Shown here one piece after another: positions 40,561 through 55,800 of a stretch of DNA of 64,000 bases. A program made the position numbers and the translations under genes. The notes beneath the pieces were generated by a model. It worked only from the letters and a program-made list of their open reading frames with translations, was not told where the DNA came from and did not search any database. How positions within the stretch are numbered: position 1 is the first letter of the stretch; the number at the start of each line of letters is the position of its first letter. Source of the stretch: Eledone cirrhosa (Eukaryota); the NCBI GenBank assembly GCA_964016885.1, contig OZ024750.1, forward strand, positions 38,936,001 through 39,000,000. Direction: 5' to 3'.

Positions 40561-43500
40561 TGGTTCTTGTTAACTATTACCTGGGTACCTCTACGGTGAC
40601 AGTGGTTCTTATTAACTATTACCTGGGTACCTCTACGGTGACAGTGGATCTTGTTAACTATTACCTGGGTACCTCTACGATGACAGTGGTTCTTGTTAAC
40701 TATTACCTGGGTACCTCTACGGTGAAAGTGGTTCTTGTTAACTATTACCTGGGTACCTCTACGGTGACAGTGCTTCTTGTTAACTCTTACCTGGGTACCT
40801 CTATGGTGACAGTGGTTCTTGTTAACTATTACCTGGGTACCTCTACGGTGACAGTGCTTCTTGTTAACTATTACCTGGATACCTCTACGGTGACAGTGGT
40901 TCTTGTGAACTATTACCTGGGTACCTCTACGGTGACAGTGCTTCTTGTTAACTATTACCTGGGTACCTCTATGGTGACAGTGGTTCTTGTTAACTATTAC
41001 CTGGGTACCTCTACGGTGACAGTGCTTCTTGTTAACTATTACCTGGGTACCTCTACGGTGACAGTGCTTCTTGTTAACTATTACCTGGGTACCTCTACGG
41101 TGACAGTGGTTCTTGTAAACTATTACCTGGGTACCTCAACGGTGACAGTGGTTCTTGTTAACTATTACCTGGGTACCTCTACGGAGACAATGGTTCTTGT
41201 TAACTATTACCTGGGTACCTCTACGGTGACAGTGGTTCTTGTTAACTATTACCTGGGTACCTCTACGATGACAGTGCTTCTTGTTAACTATTACCTCGGT
41301 ACCTCTACGGAGACAATGGTTCTTGTTAACTATTACCTGGGTACCTCTACGGTGACAGTGGTTCTTGTTAACTATTACCCGGGTACCTCTACGGTGACAG
41401 TGCTTCTTGTTAACTATTACCTGGGTACCTCTACGGTGACAGTGGTTCTTGTTAACTATTGCCTGGGTACCTCTACGGTGACAGTGCTTCTTGTTAACTA
41501 TTACCTGGGTACCTCTACGGTGAAAGTGGTTCTTGTTAACTATTACCTGGGTACCTCTACGGTGACAGTTCTTCTTGTTAACTATTACCTGGGTACCTCT
41601 ACGGTGACAGTGGTTCTTCTAAACTATTACCTGGGTACCTCTACGGTGACAGTTCTTCTTGTTAACTATTACCTGGGTACCTCTACGGTGACAGTGCTTC
41701 TTGTTAACTATTACCTGGGTACCTCTACGGTGACAGTGGTTCTTGTTAACTATTACCTGGGTACCTCTACGATGACAGTGCTTCTTGTTAACTATTACCT
41801 GGGTACCTCTACGGAGACAATGGTTCTTGTTAACTATTACCTGGGTACCTCTACGGTGACAGTGGTTCTTGTTAACTATTACCTGGGTACCTCTACGGTG
41901 ACAGTGGTTCTTGTTAACTATTACCTGGGTACCTCTACGGTGACAGTGGTTCTTGTTAACTATTACCTGGGTACCTCTACGGTGACAGTGGTTCTTGTTA
42001 ACTATTACCTGGGTACCTCTACGATGACAGTGCTTCTTGTTAACTATTACCTGGGTACCTCTACGGAGACAATGGTTCTTGTTAACTATTACCTGGGTAC
42101 CTCTACGGTGACAGTGGTTCTTGTTAACTATTACCTGGGTACCTCTACGGTGACAGTGGTTCTTGTTAACTATTACCTGGGTACCTCTACGATGACAGTG
42201 CTTCTTGTTAACTATTACCTGGGTACCTCTACGGAGACAATGGTTCTTGTTAACTATTACCTGGGTACCTCTACGGTGACAGTGGTTCTTGTTAACTATT
42301 ACCTGGGTACCTCTACGGTGACAGTGCTTCTTGTTAACTATTACCTGGGTACCTCTACGGTGACAGTGGTTCTTGTTAACTATTACCTGGGTACCTCTAC
42401 GGTGACAGTGCTTCTTGTTAACTATGACCTGGGTACCTCTACACTGACAGTTCTTCTTGTTAACTATTACCTGGGTACCTCTACGGTGACAGTGCTTCTT
42501 GTTAACTATTACCTGGGTACCTCTACGGTGACAGTTCTTCTTGTTAACTATTACCTGGGTACCTCTACGGTGACAGTGCTTCTTGTTAACTATTACCTGG
42601 GTACCTCTACGGTGACAGTTCTTCTTGTTAACTATTACCTGGGTACCTCTACGGTGACAGTGCTTCTTGTTAACTGTTACCTGGGTACCTCTACGGTGAC
42701 AGTGGTTCTTATTAACTCTTACCTGGGTACCTCTACGGTGACAGTGGTTCTTGTTAACTATGACCTGGGTACCTCTACACTGACAGTGGTTCTTGTTAAC
42801 TATTACCTGTGTACCTCTACGGTGACAGTGGTTCTTGTGAACTATTACCTGGGTACCTCTACGGTGACAGTGGTTCTTGTGAACTATTACCTGGGTACCT
42901 CTACGGTGACAGTGGTTCTTGTTAACTATTACCTGGGTACCTCTACGGTGACAGTGGTTCTTGTTAACTATTACCTGGGTACCTCTACGGTGACAGTGGT
43001 TCTTGTTAACTATTACCTGGGTACCTCTACGGTGACAGTGGTTCTTGTTAACTATTACCTGGGTACCTCTACACTGACAGTGGTTCTTGTGAACTATTAC
43101 CTGGGTACCTCTACGGTGACAGTGGTTCTTGTGAACTATTACCTGGGTACCTCTACGGTGACAGTGGTTCTTGTTAACTATGACCTGGGTACCTCTACAC
43201 TGACAGTGGTTCTTATTAACTATTACCTGGGTACCTCTACGGTGACAGTGGTTCTTGTTAACTATTACCTGGGTACCTCTACGGTGACAGTGGTTCTTGT
43301 TAACTATGACCTGGGTACCTCTACACTGACAGTGGTTCTTGTTAACTATTACCTGGGTACCTCTACGGTGACAGTGGTTCTTGTGAACTATTACCTGGGT
43401 ACCTCTACGGTGACAGTGGTTCTTGTTAACTATTACCTGGGTACCTCTACGGTGACAGTGCTTCTTGTTAACTATTACCTGGGTACCTCTACGGTGACAG

Positions 43501-43899
43501 TGCTTCTTGTTAACTATTACCTGGATACCTCTACGGTGACAGTGGTTCTTGTGAACTATTACCTGGGTACCTCTCGGGTGACAGTGGTTCTTGTGAACTA
43601 TTACCTGGGTACCTCTACACTGACAGTGGTTCTTGTTAACTATTACCTGGGTACCTCTACACTGACAGTAGTTCTTGTTAACTATTACCTGGGTACCTCT
43701 ACGGAGACAATGGTTCTTGTTAACTATTACCTGGGTACCTGTACGGTGACAGTGGTTCTTGTTAACTATTACCTGGGTACCTCTACGGTGACAGTGGTTC
43801 TTGTTAACTATTACCTGGGTACCTCTACGGTGACAGTGGTTCTTGTTAACTATTACCTGGGTACCTCTACGGTGACAGTTCTTCTTGATAACTATTACC

Positions 43900-46800
43900 T
43901 GGGTACCTCTACGGTGACAGTGGTTCTTGTTAACTATTACCTGGGTACCTCTACGGTGACAGTGGTTCTTGTTAACTATTACCTGGGTACCTCTACGGTG
44001 ACAGTGCTTCTTGTTAACTATTACCTGGGTACCTCTACGGTGACAGTGCTTCTTGTTAACTATTACCTGGATACCTCTACGGTGACAGTTCTTCTTGTTA
44101 ACTATTACCTGGGTACCTCTACGGTGACAGTGGTTCTTGTTAACTATTACCTGGGTACCTCTACGGTGACAGTTCTTCTTGTTAACTATTACCTGGGTAC
44201 CTCTACGGTGACAGTGCTTCTTGTTAACTATTACCTGGGTACCTCTACGGTGACAGTGGTTCTTGTTAACTATTACCTGGGTACCTCTACGATGACAGTG
44301 CTTCTGGTTAACTATTACCTGGGTACCTCTACGGAGACAATGGTTCTTGTTAACTATTACCTGGGTACCTCTACGGTGACAGTGGTTCTTGTTAACTATT
44401 ACCTGGGTACCTCTATGGTGACAGTGGTTCTTGTTAACTATTACCTGGGTACCTCTACGGTGACTGTGGTTCTTGTTAACTATTACCTGGGTACCTCTAC
44501 GGTGACAGTGCTTCTTGTTAACTATTACCTGGGTACCTCTACGGTGACAGTGCTTCTTGTTAACTATGACCTGGGTACCTCTACACTGACAGTTCTTCTT
44601 GTTAACTATTACCTGGGTACCTCTACGGTGACAGTGCTTCTTGTTAACTATTACCTGGGTACCTCTACGGTGACAGTTCTTCTTGTTAACTATTACCTGG
44701 GTACCTCTACGGTGACAGTGCTTCTTGTTAACTATTACCTGGGTACCTCTACGGTGACAGTTCTTCTTGTTAACTATTACCTGGGTACCTCTACGGTGAC
44801 AGTGCTTCTTGTTAACTGTTACCTGGGTACCTCTACGGTGACAGTGGTTCTTATTAACTATTACCTGGGTACCTCTACGGTGACAGTGGTTCTTGTTAAC
44901 TATTACCTGGGTACCTCTACGGTGACAGTGGTTCTTGTTAACTATGACCTGGGTACCTCTACACTGACAGTGGTTCTTGTTAACTATTACCTGGGTACCT
45001 CTACGGTGACAGTGGTTCTTGTGAACTATTACCTGGGTACCTCTACGGTGACAGTGGTTCTTGTGAACTATTACCTGGGTACCTCTACGGTGACAGTGGT
45101 TCTTGTTAACTATTACCTGGGTACCTCTACGGTGACAGTGGTTCTTGTTAACTATTACCTGGGTACCTCTACGGTGACAGTGGTTCTTGTTAACTATTAC
45201 CTGGGTACCTCTACGGTGACAGTGGTTCTTGTTAACTATTACCTGGGTACCTCTACACTGACATTGGTTCTTGTGAACTATTACCTGGGTACCTCTACGG
45301 TGACAGTGGTTCTTGTGAACTATTACCTGGGTACCTCTACGGTGACAGTGGTTCTTGTTAACTATGACGTGGGTACCTCTACACTGACAGTGGTTCTTGT
45401 TAACTATTATCTGGGTACCTCTACGGTGACAGTGCTTCTTGTTAACTATTACCTGGGTACCTCTACGGTGACAGTGCTTCTTGTTAACTATTACCTGGGT
45501 ACCTCTACGGTGACAGTGGTTCTTGTGAACTATTACCTGGGTACCTCTACGGTGACAGTGGTTCTTGTGAACTATTACCTGGGTACCTCTACGGTGACAG
45601 TGGTTCTTGTTAACTATTACCTGGGTACCTCTACACTGACAGTGGTTCTTGTTAACTATTACCTGGGTACCTCTACGATGACTGCTTCTTGTTAACTATT
45701 ACCTGGGTACCTCTACGGTGACAGTGGTTCTTGTTAACTATCACCTGGGTACCTCTACGGTGACAGTGCTTCTTGTTAACTATTACCTGGGTACCTCTAC
45801 GGTGACAGTGGTTCTTGTTAACTATCACCTGGGTACCTCTACGGTGACAGTGGTTCTTGTTAACTATTACCTGGGTACCTCTACGATGACTGCTTCTTGT
45901 TAACTATTACCTGGGTACCTCTACGGTGACAGTGGTACTTGTTAACTATCACCTGGGTACCTCTACGGTGACAGTGGTTCTTGTTAACTATTACCTGGGT
46001 ACCTCTACGGTGACAGTGCTTCTTGTTAACTATGACCTGGGTACCTCTACACTGACAGTTCTTCTTGTTAACTATTACGTGGGTACCTCTACGGTGACAG
46101 TGCTTCTTGTTAACTATTACCTGGGTACCTCTACGGTGACAGTTCTTCTTGTTAACTATTACCTGGGTACCTCTACGGTGACAGTGGTTCTTGTTAACTA
46201 TTACCTGGGTACCTCTACGGTGACAGTGGTTCTTGTTAACTATTACCTGGGTACCTCTACGGTGACAGTGCTTCTTGTTAACTATTACCTGGGTACCTCT
46301 ACGGTGACAGTGCTTCTTGTTAACTATTACCTGGATACCTCTACGGTGACAGTTCTTCTTGTTAACTATTACCTGGGTACCTCTACGGTGACAGTGGTTC
46401 TTGTTAACTATTACCTGGGTACCTCTACGGTGACAGTTCTTCTTGTTAACTATTACCTGGGTACCTCTACGGTGACAGTGCTTCTTGTTAACTATTACCT
46501 GGGTACCTCTACGATGACTGTTTCTTGTTAACTATTACCTGGGTACCTCTACGGTGACAGTGGTTCTTGTTAACTATCACCTGGGTACATCTACGGTGAC
46601 AGTGGTTCTTGTTAACTATTACCTGGGTACCTCTACGGTGACAGTGGTTCTTGTTAACTATTACCTGGGTACCTCTACGGTGACAGTGCTTCTTGTTAAC
46701 TATTACCTGGGTACCTCTACGGTGACAGTGGTTCTTGTTAACTATCACCTGGGTACCTCTACGGTGACAGTGGTTCTTGTTAACTATTACCTGGGTACCT

Positions 46801-49800
46801 CTACGATGACTGCTTCTTGCTACCTTTAACCCTTGTTAACTATTACCGGGGTACCTCTACGGTGACAGTGGTTCTTGTTAACTATTACCTGGGTACCTCT
46901 ACAGTGACAGGTTCTTGTTAACTATTACCTGGGTACCTCTACGATGACTGCTTCTTGTTAACTATTACATGGGTACCTCTACGGTGACAGTGGTACTTGT
47001 TAACTATCACCTGGGTACCTCTACGGTGACAGTGGTTCTTGTTAACTATTACCTGGGTACCTCTACGGTGACAGTGGTTCTTGTTAACTATTACCTGGGT
47101 ACCTCTACGATGACTGCTTCTTGTTAACTATTACCTGGGTACCTCTACGATGACATTGCTTCTTGTTAACTATTACCTGGGTACCTCTACGGTGACAGTG
47201 CTTCTTGTTAACTATTACCTGGGTACCTCTACGGTGACAGTGGTTCTTGTTAACTATTACCTGGGTACCTCTACGGTGACAGTGGTTCTTGTTAACTATT
47301 ACCTGGGTACCTCTACGGTGACAGTGGTTCTTGTTAACTATTACCTGGGTACCTCTACGGTGACAGTGCTTCTTGTTAACTATTACCTGGGTACCTCTAT
47401 GGTGACAGTGGTTCTTGTTAACTATTACCTGGGTACCTCTACGGTGACAGTGGTTCTTCTTAACTATTACCTGGGTACCTCTACGGTGACAGTGGTTCTT
47501 CTTAACTATTACCTGGGTACCTCTACGGTGACAGTGGTTCTTGTTAACTATTACCTGGGTACCTCTACGGTGACAGTGCTTCCTGTTAACTATTACCTGG
47601 GTACCTCTATGGTGACAGTGGCTCTTGTTAACTATTACCTGGGTACCTCTACGGTGACAGTGGTTCTTGTTAACTATTACCTGGGTACCTCTACGGTGAC
47701 AGTGGTTCTTGTTAACTATCACCTGGGTACCTCTACGGTGACAGTGGTTCTTGTTAACTATAACCTGGGTACCTCTACGGTGACAGTGGTTCTTGTTAAC
47801 TATTACCTGGGTACCTCTACGATGACTGCTTCTTGTTAACTATTACCTGGGTACCTCTACGATGACAGTGCTTCTTGTTAACTATTACCTGGGTACCTCT
47901 ACGGTGACAGTGCTTCTTGTTAACTATTACCTGGGTACCTCTACGGTGACAGTGGTTCTTGTTAACTATTACCTGCGTACCTCTACGGTGACAGTGGTTC
48001 TTGTTAACTATTACCTGGGTACCTCTACGGTGACAGTGGTTCTTGTTAACTATTACCTGGGTACCTCTACGGTGACAGTGCTTCTTGTTAACTATTACCT
48101 GGGTACCTCTATGATGACAGTGGTTCTTGTTAACTATTACCTGGGTACCTCTACGGTGACAGTGCTTCTTGTTAACTATTACCTGGGTACCTCTATGGTG
48201 ACAGTGGTTCTTGTTAACTATTACCTGGGTACCTCTACGGTGACAGTGCTTCTTGTTAACTATTACCTGGGTACCTCTATGGTGACAGTGGTTCTTGTTA
48301 ACTATTACCTGGGTACCTCTACGGTGACAGTGGTTCTTGTTAACTATTACCTGGGTACCTCTACGGTGACAGTGGTTCTTGTTAACTATTACCTGGGTAC
48401 CTCTACGGTGACAGTGGTTCTTGTTAACTATTACCTGGGTACCTCTATGGTGACAGTGGTTCTTGTTAACTATTACCTGGGTACCTCTACGGTGACAGTG
48501 GTTCTTGTTAACTATTACCTGGGTACCTCTACGGTGACAGTGGTTCTTGTTAACTATTACCTGGGTACCTCTACGGTGACAGTGGTTCTTGTTAACTATT
48601 ACCTAGGTACCTCTTCGGTGACAGTGGTTCTTGTTAACTATTACCTGGGTACCTCTACGGTGACAGTGCTTCTTGTTAACTATTACCTGGGTACCTCTAC
48701 GGTGACAGTGGTTCTTGTTAACTATTACCTGTGTACCTCTACACTGACAGTGGTTCTTGTTAACTATTACCTGGGTACCTCTACGGTGACAGTGGTTCTT
48801 GTTAACTATTACCTGGGTACCTCTACGGTGACAGTGGTTCTTGTTAACTATTACCTGGGTACCTCTTCGGTGACAGTGGTTCTTGTTAACTATTACCTGG
48901 GTACCTCTACGGTGACAGCGCTTCTTGTTAACTATTACCTGGGTATATCTACGGTGACAGTGCTTCTTGTTAACTATTACCTGGGTACCTCTACGGTGAC
49001 AGTGCTTCTTGTTAAATATTACCTTGGTACCTCTACGGTGACAGTGGTTCTTGTTAACTATTACCTGGGTACCTCTACGGTGACAGTGCTTCTTGTTAAC
49101 TATTACCTGGGTACCTCTACGGTGACAGTGGTACTTGTTAACTATCACCTGGGTACCTCTACGGTGACAGTGGTTCTTGTTAACTATTACCTGGGTACCT
49201 CTACGGTGACAGTGGTTCTTGTTAACTATTACCTGGGTACCTCTACGATGACTGCTTCTTGTTAACTATTACCTGGGTACCTCTACGATGACAGTGCTTC
49301 TTGTTAACTATTACCTGGGTACCTCTACGTTGACAGTGCTTCTTGTTAACTATTACCTGGGTACCTCTACGGCGACTGCTTCTTGTTATCTATTACCTGG
49401 GTATATCTACGGTGACAGTGCTTCTTGTTAACTATTACCTGGGTACCTCTACGATGACAGTGCTTCTTGTTAACTATTACCTGGGTACCTCTACGGTGAC
49501 AGTGCTTCTTGTTAACTATTACCTGGGTACCTCTACGGTGACAGTGGTTCTTGTTAACTATTACCTGGGTACCTCTACGATGACTGCTTCTTGTTAACTA
49601 TTACCTGGGTACCTCTACGGTGACAGTGGTTCTTGTTAACTATTACCTGGGTACCTCTACGGTGACAGTGGTTCTTGTTAACTATTACCTGGGTACCTCT
49701 ACGATGACTGCTTCTTGTTAACTATTACCTGGGTACCTCTACGGTGACAGTGGTTCTTGTTAACTATTACCTGGGTACCTCTACGATGACTGCTTCTTGT

Positions 49801-52800
49801 TAACTATTACCTGGGTACCTCTACGATGACTGCTTCTTGTTAACTATTACCTGGGTACCTCTACGGTGACAGTGGTTCTTGTTAACTATTACCTGGGTAC
49901 CTCTACGATGACTGCTTCTTGTTAACTATTACCTGGGTACCTCTACGGTGACAGTGGTTCTTGTTAACTATTACCTGGGTACCTCTACGGTGACAGTGGT
50001 TCTTGTTAACTATTACCTGGGTACCTCTACGATGACTGCTTCTTGTTAACTATTACCTGGGTACCTCTACGGTGACAGTGGTACTTGTTAACTATTACCT
50101 GGGTACCTCTACGATGACTGCTTCTTGTTAACTATTACCTGGGTACCTCTACGGTGACAGTGGTTCTTGTTAACTATTACCTGGGTACCTATACGGTGAC
50201 AGTGGTTCTTGTTAACTATTACCTGGGTACCTCTACGATGACTGCTTCTTGTTAACTATTACCTGGGTACCTCTACGGTGACAGTGGTTCTTGTTAACTA
50301 TTACCTGGGTACCTCTACGATGACTGCTTCTTGTTAACTATTACCTGGGTACCTCTACGGTGACAGTGCTTCTTGTTAACTATTACCTGGGTACCTCTAC
50401 GGTGACAGTGCTTCTTGTTAACTATTACCTGGGTACCTCTACGATGACTGCTTCTTGTTAACTATTACCTGGGTACCTCTACGATGACAGTGCTTCTTGT
50501 TAACTATTATCTGGGTACCTCTACGGTGACAGTGGTTCTTGTTAACTATTACCTGGGTACCTCTACGGTGACAGTGCTTCTTGTTAACTATTACCTGGGT
50601 ACCTCTACGGTGACAGTGGTTCTTGTTAACTATTACCTGGGTACCTCTTCGGTGACAGTGCTTCTTGTTAACTATTACCTGGATACCTCTACGGTGACAG
50701 TTCTTCTTGTTAACTATTACCTGGGTACCTCTACGGTGACAGTGGTTCTTGTTAACTATTACCTGGGTACCTCTACGGTGACAGTTCTTCTTGTTAACTA
50801 TTACCTGGGTACCTCTACGGTGACAGTGCTTCTTGTTAACTATTACCTGGGTACCTCTACGGTGACAGTGGTTCTTGTTAACTATTACCTGGGTACCTCT
50901 ACGATGACAGTGCTTCTTGTTAACTATTACCTGGGTACCTCTACGGAGACAATGGTTCTTGTTAACTATTACCTGGGTACCTCTACGGGGACAGTGGTTC
51001 TTGTTAACTATTACCTGGGTACCTCTACGGTGACAGTGCTTCTTAACTATTACCTGGGTACCTCTACGGTGACAGTGCTTCTTGTTAACTATGACCTGGG
51101 TACCTCTACACTGACAGTTCTTCTTGTTAACTATTACCTGGGTACCTCTACGGTGACAGTGCTTCTTGTTAACTATTACCTGGGTACCTCTACGGTGACA
51201 GTTCTTCTTGTTAACTATTACCTGGGTACTTCTACGGTGACAGTGCTTCTTGTTAACTATTACCTGGGTACCTCTACGGTGACAGTTCTTCTTGTTAACT
51301 ATTACCTGGGTACCTCTACGGTGACAGTGCTTCTTGTTAACTGTTACCTGGGTACCTCTACGGTGACAGTGGTTCTTATTAACTATTACCTGGGTACCTC
51401 TACGTTGACAGTGGTTCTTGTTAACTATTACCTGGGTACCTCTACGGTGACAGTGGTTCTTGTTAACTATGACCTGGGTACCTCTACACTGACAGTGGTT
51501 CTTGTTAACTATTACCTGGGTACCTCTACGGTGACAGTGGTTCTTGTGAACTATTACCTGGGTACCTCTACGGTGACAGTGGTTCTTGTGAACTATTACC
51601 TGGGTACCTCTACGGTGACAGTGCTTCTTGTTAACTATTACCTGGGTACCTCTACGGTAACAGTGGTTCTTGTTAACTATTACCTGGGTACCTCTACGGT
51701 GACAGTGGTTCTTGTTAACTATTACCTGGGTACCTCTACGGTGACAGTGGTTCTTGTTAACTATTACCTGGGTACCTCTACACTGACATTGGTTCTTGTG
51801 AACTATTACCTGGGTACCTCTACGGTGACAGTGGTTCTTGTGAACTATTACCTGGGTACCTCTACGGTGACAGTGGTTCTTGTTAACTATGACCTGGGTA
51901 CCTCTACACTGACAGTGGTTCTTGTTAACTATTACCTGGGTACCTCTACGGTGACAGTGGTTCTTGTTAACTATTACCTGGGTACCTTTACGGTGACAGT
52001 GCTTCTTGTTAACTATTACCTGGGTACCTCTACGGTGACAGTGCTTCTTGTTAACTATGACCTGGGTACCTCTACACTGACAGTTCTTCTTGTTAACTAT
52101 TACCTGGGTACCTCTACGGTGACAGTGCTTCTTGTTAACTATTACCTGGGTACCTCTACGGTGACAGTTCTTCTTGTTAACTATTACCTGGGTACCTCTA
52201 CGGTGACAGTGCTTCTTGTTAACTATTACCTGGGTACCTCTACGGTGACAGTTCTTCTTGTTAACTATTACCTGGGTACCTCTACGGTGACAGTGCTTCT
52301 TGTTAACTGTTACCTGGGTACCTCTACGGTGACAGTGGTTCTTATTAACTATTACCTGGGTACCTCTACGGTGACAGTGGTTCTTGTTAACTATTACCTG
52401 GGTACCTCTACGGTGACAGTGGTTCTTGTTAACTATGACCTGGGTACCTCTACACTGACAGTGTTTCTTGTTAACTATTACCTGGGTACCTCTACGGTGA
52501 CAGTGGTTCTTGTGAACTATTACCTGGGTACCTCTACGGTGACAGTGGTTCTTGTGAACTATTACCTGGGTACCTCTACGGTGACAGTGGTTCTTGTTAA
52601 CTATTACCTGGGTACCTCTACGGTGACAGTGGTTCTTGTTAACTATTACCTGGGTACCTCTACGGTGACAGTGGTTCTTGTTAACTATTACCTGGGTACC
52701 TCTACGGTGACAGTGGTTCTTGTTAACTATTACCTGGGTACCTCTACACTGACATTGGTTCTTGTGAACTATTACCTGGGTACCTCTACGGTGACAGTGG

Positions 52801-55800
52801 TTCTTGTGAACTATTACCTGGGTACCTCTACGGTGACAGTGGTTCTTGTTAACTATGACCTGGGTACCTCTACACTGACAGTGGTTCTTGTTAACTATTA
52901 CCTGGGTACCTCTACGGTGACAGTGCTTCTTGTTAACTATTACCTGGGTACCTCTACGGTGACAGTGCTTCTTGTTAACTATTACCTGGGTACCTCTACG
53001 TTGACAGTGGTTCTTGTGAACTATTACCTGGGTACCTCTACGGTGACAGTGGTTCTTGTGAACTATTACCTGGGTACCTCTACGGTGACAGTGGTTCTTG
53101 TTAACTATTACCTGGGTACCTCTACACTGACAGTGGTTCTTGTTAACTATTACCTGGGTACCTCTACGATGACTGCTTCTTGTTAACTATTACCTGGGTA
53201 CCTCTACGGTGACAGTGGTTCTTGTTAACTATCACCTGTGTACATCTACGGTGACAGTGGTTCTTGTTAACTATTACCTGGGTACCTCTACGGTGACAGT
53301 GCTTCTTGTTAACTATTACCTGGGTACCTCTACGGTGACAGTGGTTCTTGTTAACTATCACCTGGGTACCTCTACGGTGACAGTGGTTCTTGTTAACTAT
53401 TACCTGGGTACCTCTACGATGACTGCTTCTTGCTACCTTTAACCCTTGTTAACTATTACCGGGGTACCTCTACGGTGACAGTGGTTCTTGTTAACTATTA
53501 CCTGGGTACCTCTACAGTGACAGGTTCTTATTAACTATTACCTGGGTACCTCTACGATGACTGCTTCTTGTTAACTATTACCTGGGTACCTCTACGGTGA
53601 CACTGGTACTTGTTAACTATCACCTGGGTACCTCTACGGTGACAGTGGTTCTTGTTAACTATTACCTGGGTACCTCTACGGTGACAGTGGTTCTTGTTAA
53701 CTATTACCTGGGTACCTCTACGATGACTGCTTCTTGTTAACTATTACCTGGGTACCTCTACGATGACAGTGCTTCTTGTTAACTATTACCTGGGTACCTC
53801 TACGGTGACAGTGCTTCTTGTTAACTATTACCTGGGTACCTCTACGGTGACAGTGGTTCTTGTTAACTATTACCTGGGTACCTCTACGGTGACAGTGGTT
53901 CTTGTTAACTATTACCTGGGTACCTCTACGGTGACAGTGGTTCTTGTTAACTATTACCTGGGTACCTCTACGGTGACAGTGCTTCTTGTTAACTATTACC
54001 TGGGTACCTCTATGGTGACAGTGGTTCTTGTTAACTATTACCTGGGTACCTCTACGGTGACAGTGGTTCTTCTTAACTATTACCTGGGTACCTCTACGGT
54101 GACAGTGGTTCTTGTTAACTATTACCTGGGTACCTCTACGGTGACAGTGGTTCTTGTTAACTATTACCTGGGTACCTCTACGGTGACAGTGCTTCTTGTT
54201 AACTATTACCTGGGTACCTCTATGGTGACAGTGGCTCTTGTTAACTATTACCTGGGTACCTCTACGGTGACAGTGGTTCTTGTTAACTATTACCTGGGTA
54301 CCTCTACGGTGACAGTGGTTCTTGTTAACTATCACCTGGGTACCTCTACGGTGACAGTGGTTCTTGTTAACTATTACCTGGGTACCTCTACGGTGACAGT
54401 GGTTCTTGTTAACTATTACCTGGGTACCTCTACGATGACTGCTTCTTGTTAACTATTACCTGGGTACCTCTACGATGACAGTGCTTCTTGTTAACTATTA
54501 CCTGGGTACCTCTACGGTGACAGTGCTTCTTGTTAACTATTACCTGGGTACCTCTACGGTGACAGTGGTTCTTGTTAACTATTACCTGCGTACCTCTACG
54601 GTGACAGTGGTTCTTGTTAACTATTACCTGGGTACCTCTACGGTGACAGTGGTTCTTGTTAACTATTACCTGGGTACCTCTACGGTGACAGTGCTTCTTG
54701 TTAACTATTACCTGGGTACCTCTATGGTGACAGTGGTTCTTGTTAACTATTACCTGGGTACCTCTACGGTGACAGTGCTTCTTGTTAACTATTACCTGGG
54801 TACCTCTATGGTGACAGTGGTTCTTGTTAACTATTACCTGGGTACCTCTACGGTGACAGTGGTTCTTGTTAACTATTACCTGGGTACCTCTACGGTGACA
54901 GTGGTTCTTGTTAACTATTACCTGGGTACCTCTACGGTGACAGTGGTTCTTGTTAACTATTACCTGGGTACCTCTATGGTGACAGTGGTTCTTGTTAACT
55001 ATTACCTGGGTACCTCTACGGTGACAGTGGTTCTTGTTAACTATTACCTGGGTACCTCTACGGTGACAGTGGTTCTTGTTAACTATTACCTGGGTACCTC
55101 TACGGTGACAGTGGTTCTTGTTAACTATTACCTGGGTACCTCTTCGGTGACAGTGGTTCTTGTTAACTATTACCTGGGTACCTCTACGGTGAAAGTGCTT
55201 CTTGTTAACTATTACCTGGGTACCTCTACGGTGACAGTGGTTCTTGTTAACTATTACCTGTGTACCTCTACACTGACAGTGGTTCTTGTTAACTATTACC
55301 TGGGTACCTCTACGTTGACACTGGTTCTTGTTAACTATTACCTGGGTACCTCTACGGTGACAGTGGTTCTTGTTAACTATTACCTGGGTACCTCTTCGGT
55401 GACAGTGGTTCTTGTTAACTATTACCTGGGTACCTCTACGGTGACAGCGCTTCTTGTTAACTATTACCTGGGTATATCTACGGTGACAGTGCTTCTTGTT
55501 AACTATTACCTGGGTACCTCTACGGTGACAGTGCTTCTTGTTAACTATTACCTTGGTACCTCTACGGTGACAGTGGTTCTTGTTAACTATTACCTGGGTA
55601 TATCTACGGTGACAGTGCTTCTTGTTAACTATTACCTGGGTACCTCTACGGTGACAGTGCTTCTTGTTAACTATTACCTGGGTACCTCTACGGTGACAGT
55701 GCTTCTTGTTAACTATTACCTGGGTACCTCTACGGTGACAGTGCTTCTTGTTAACTATTACCTGGGTACCTCTACGGCGACTGCTTCTTGTTATCTATTA

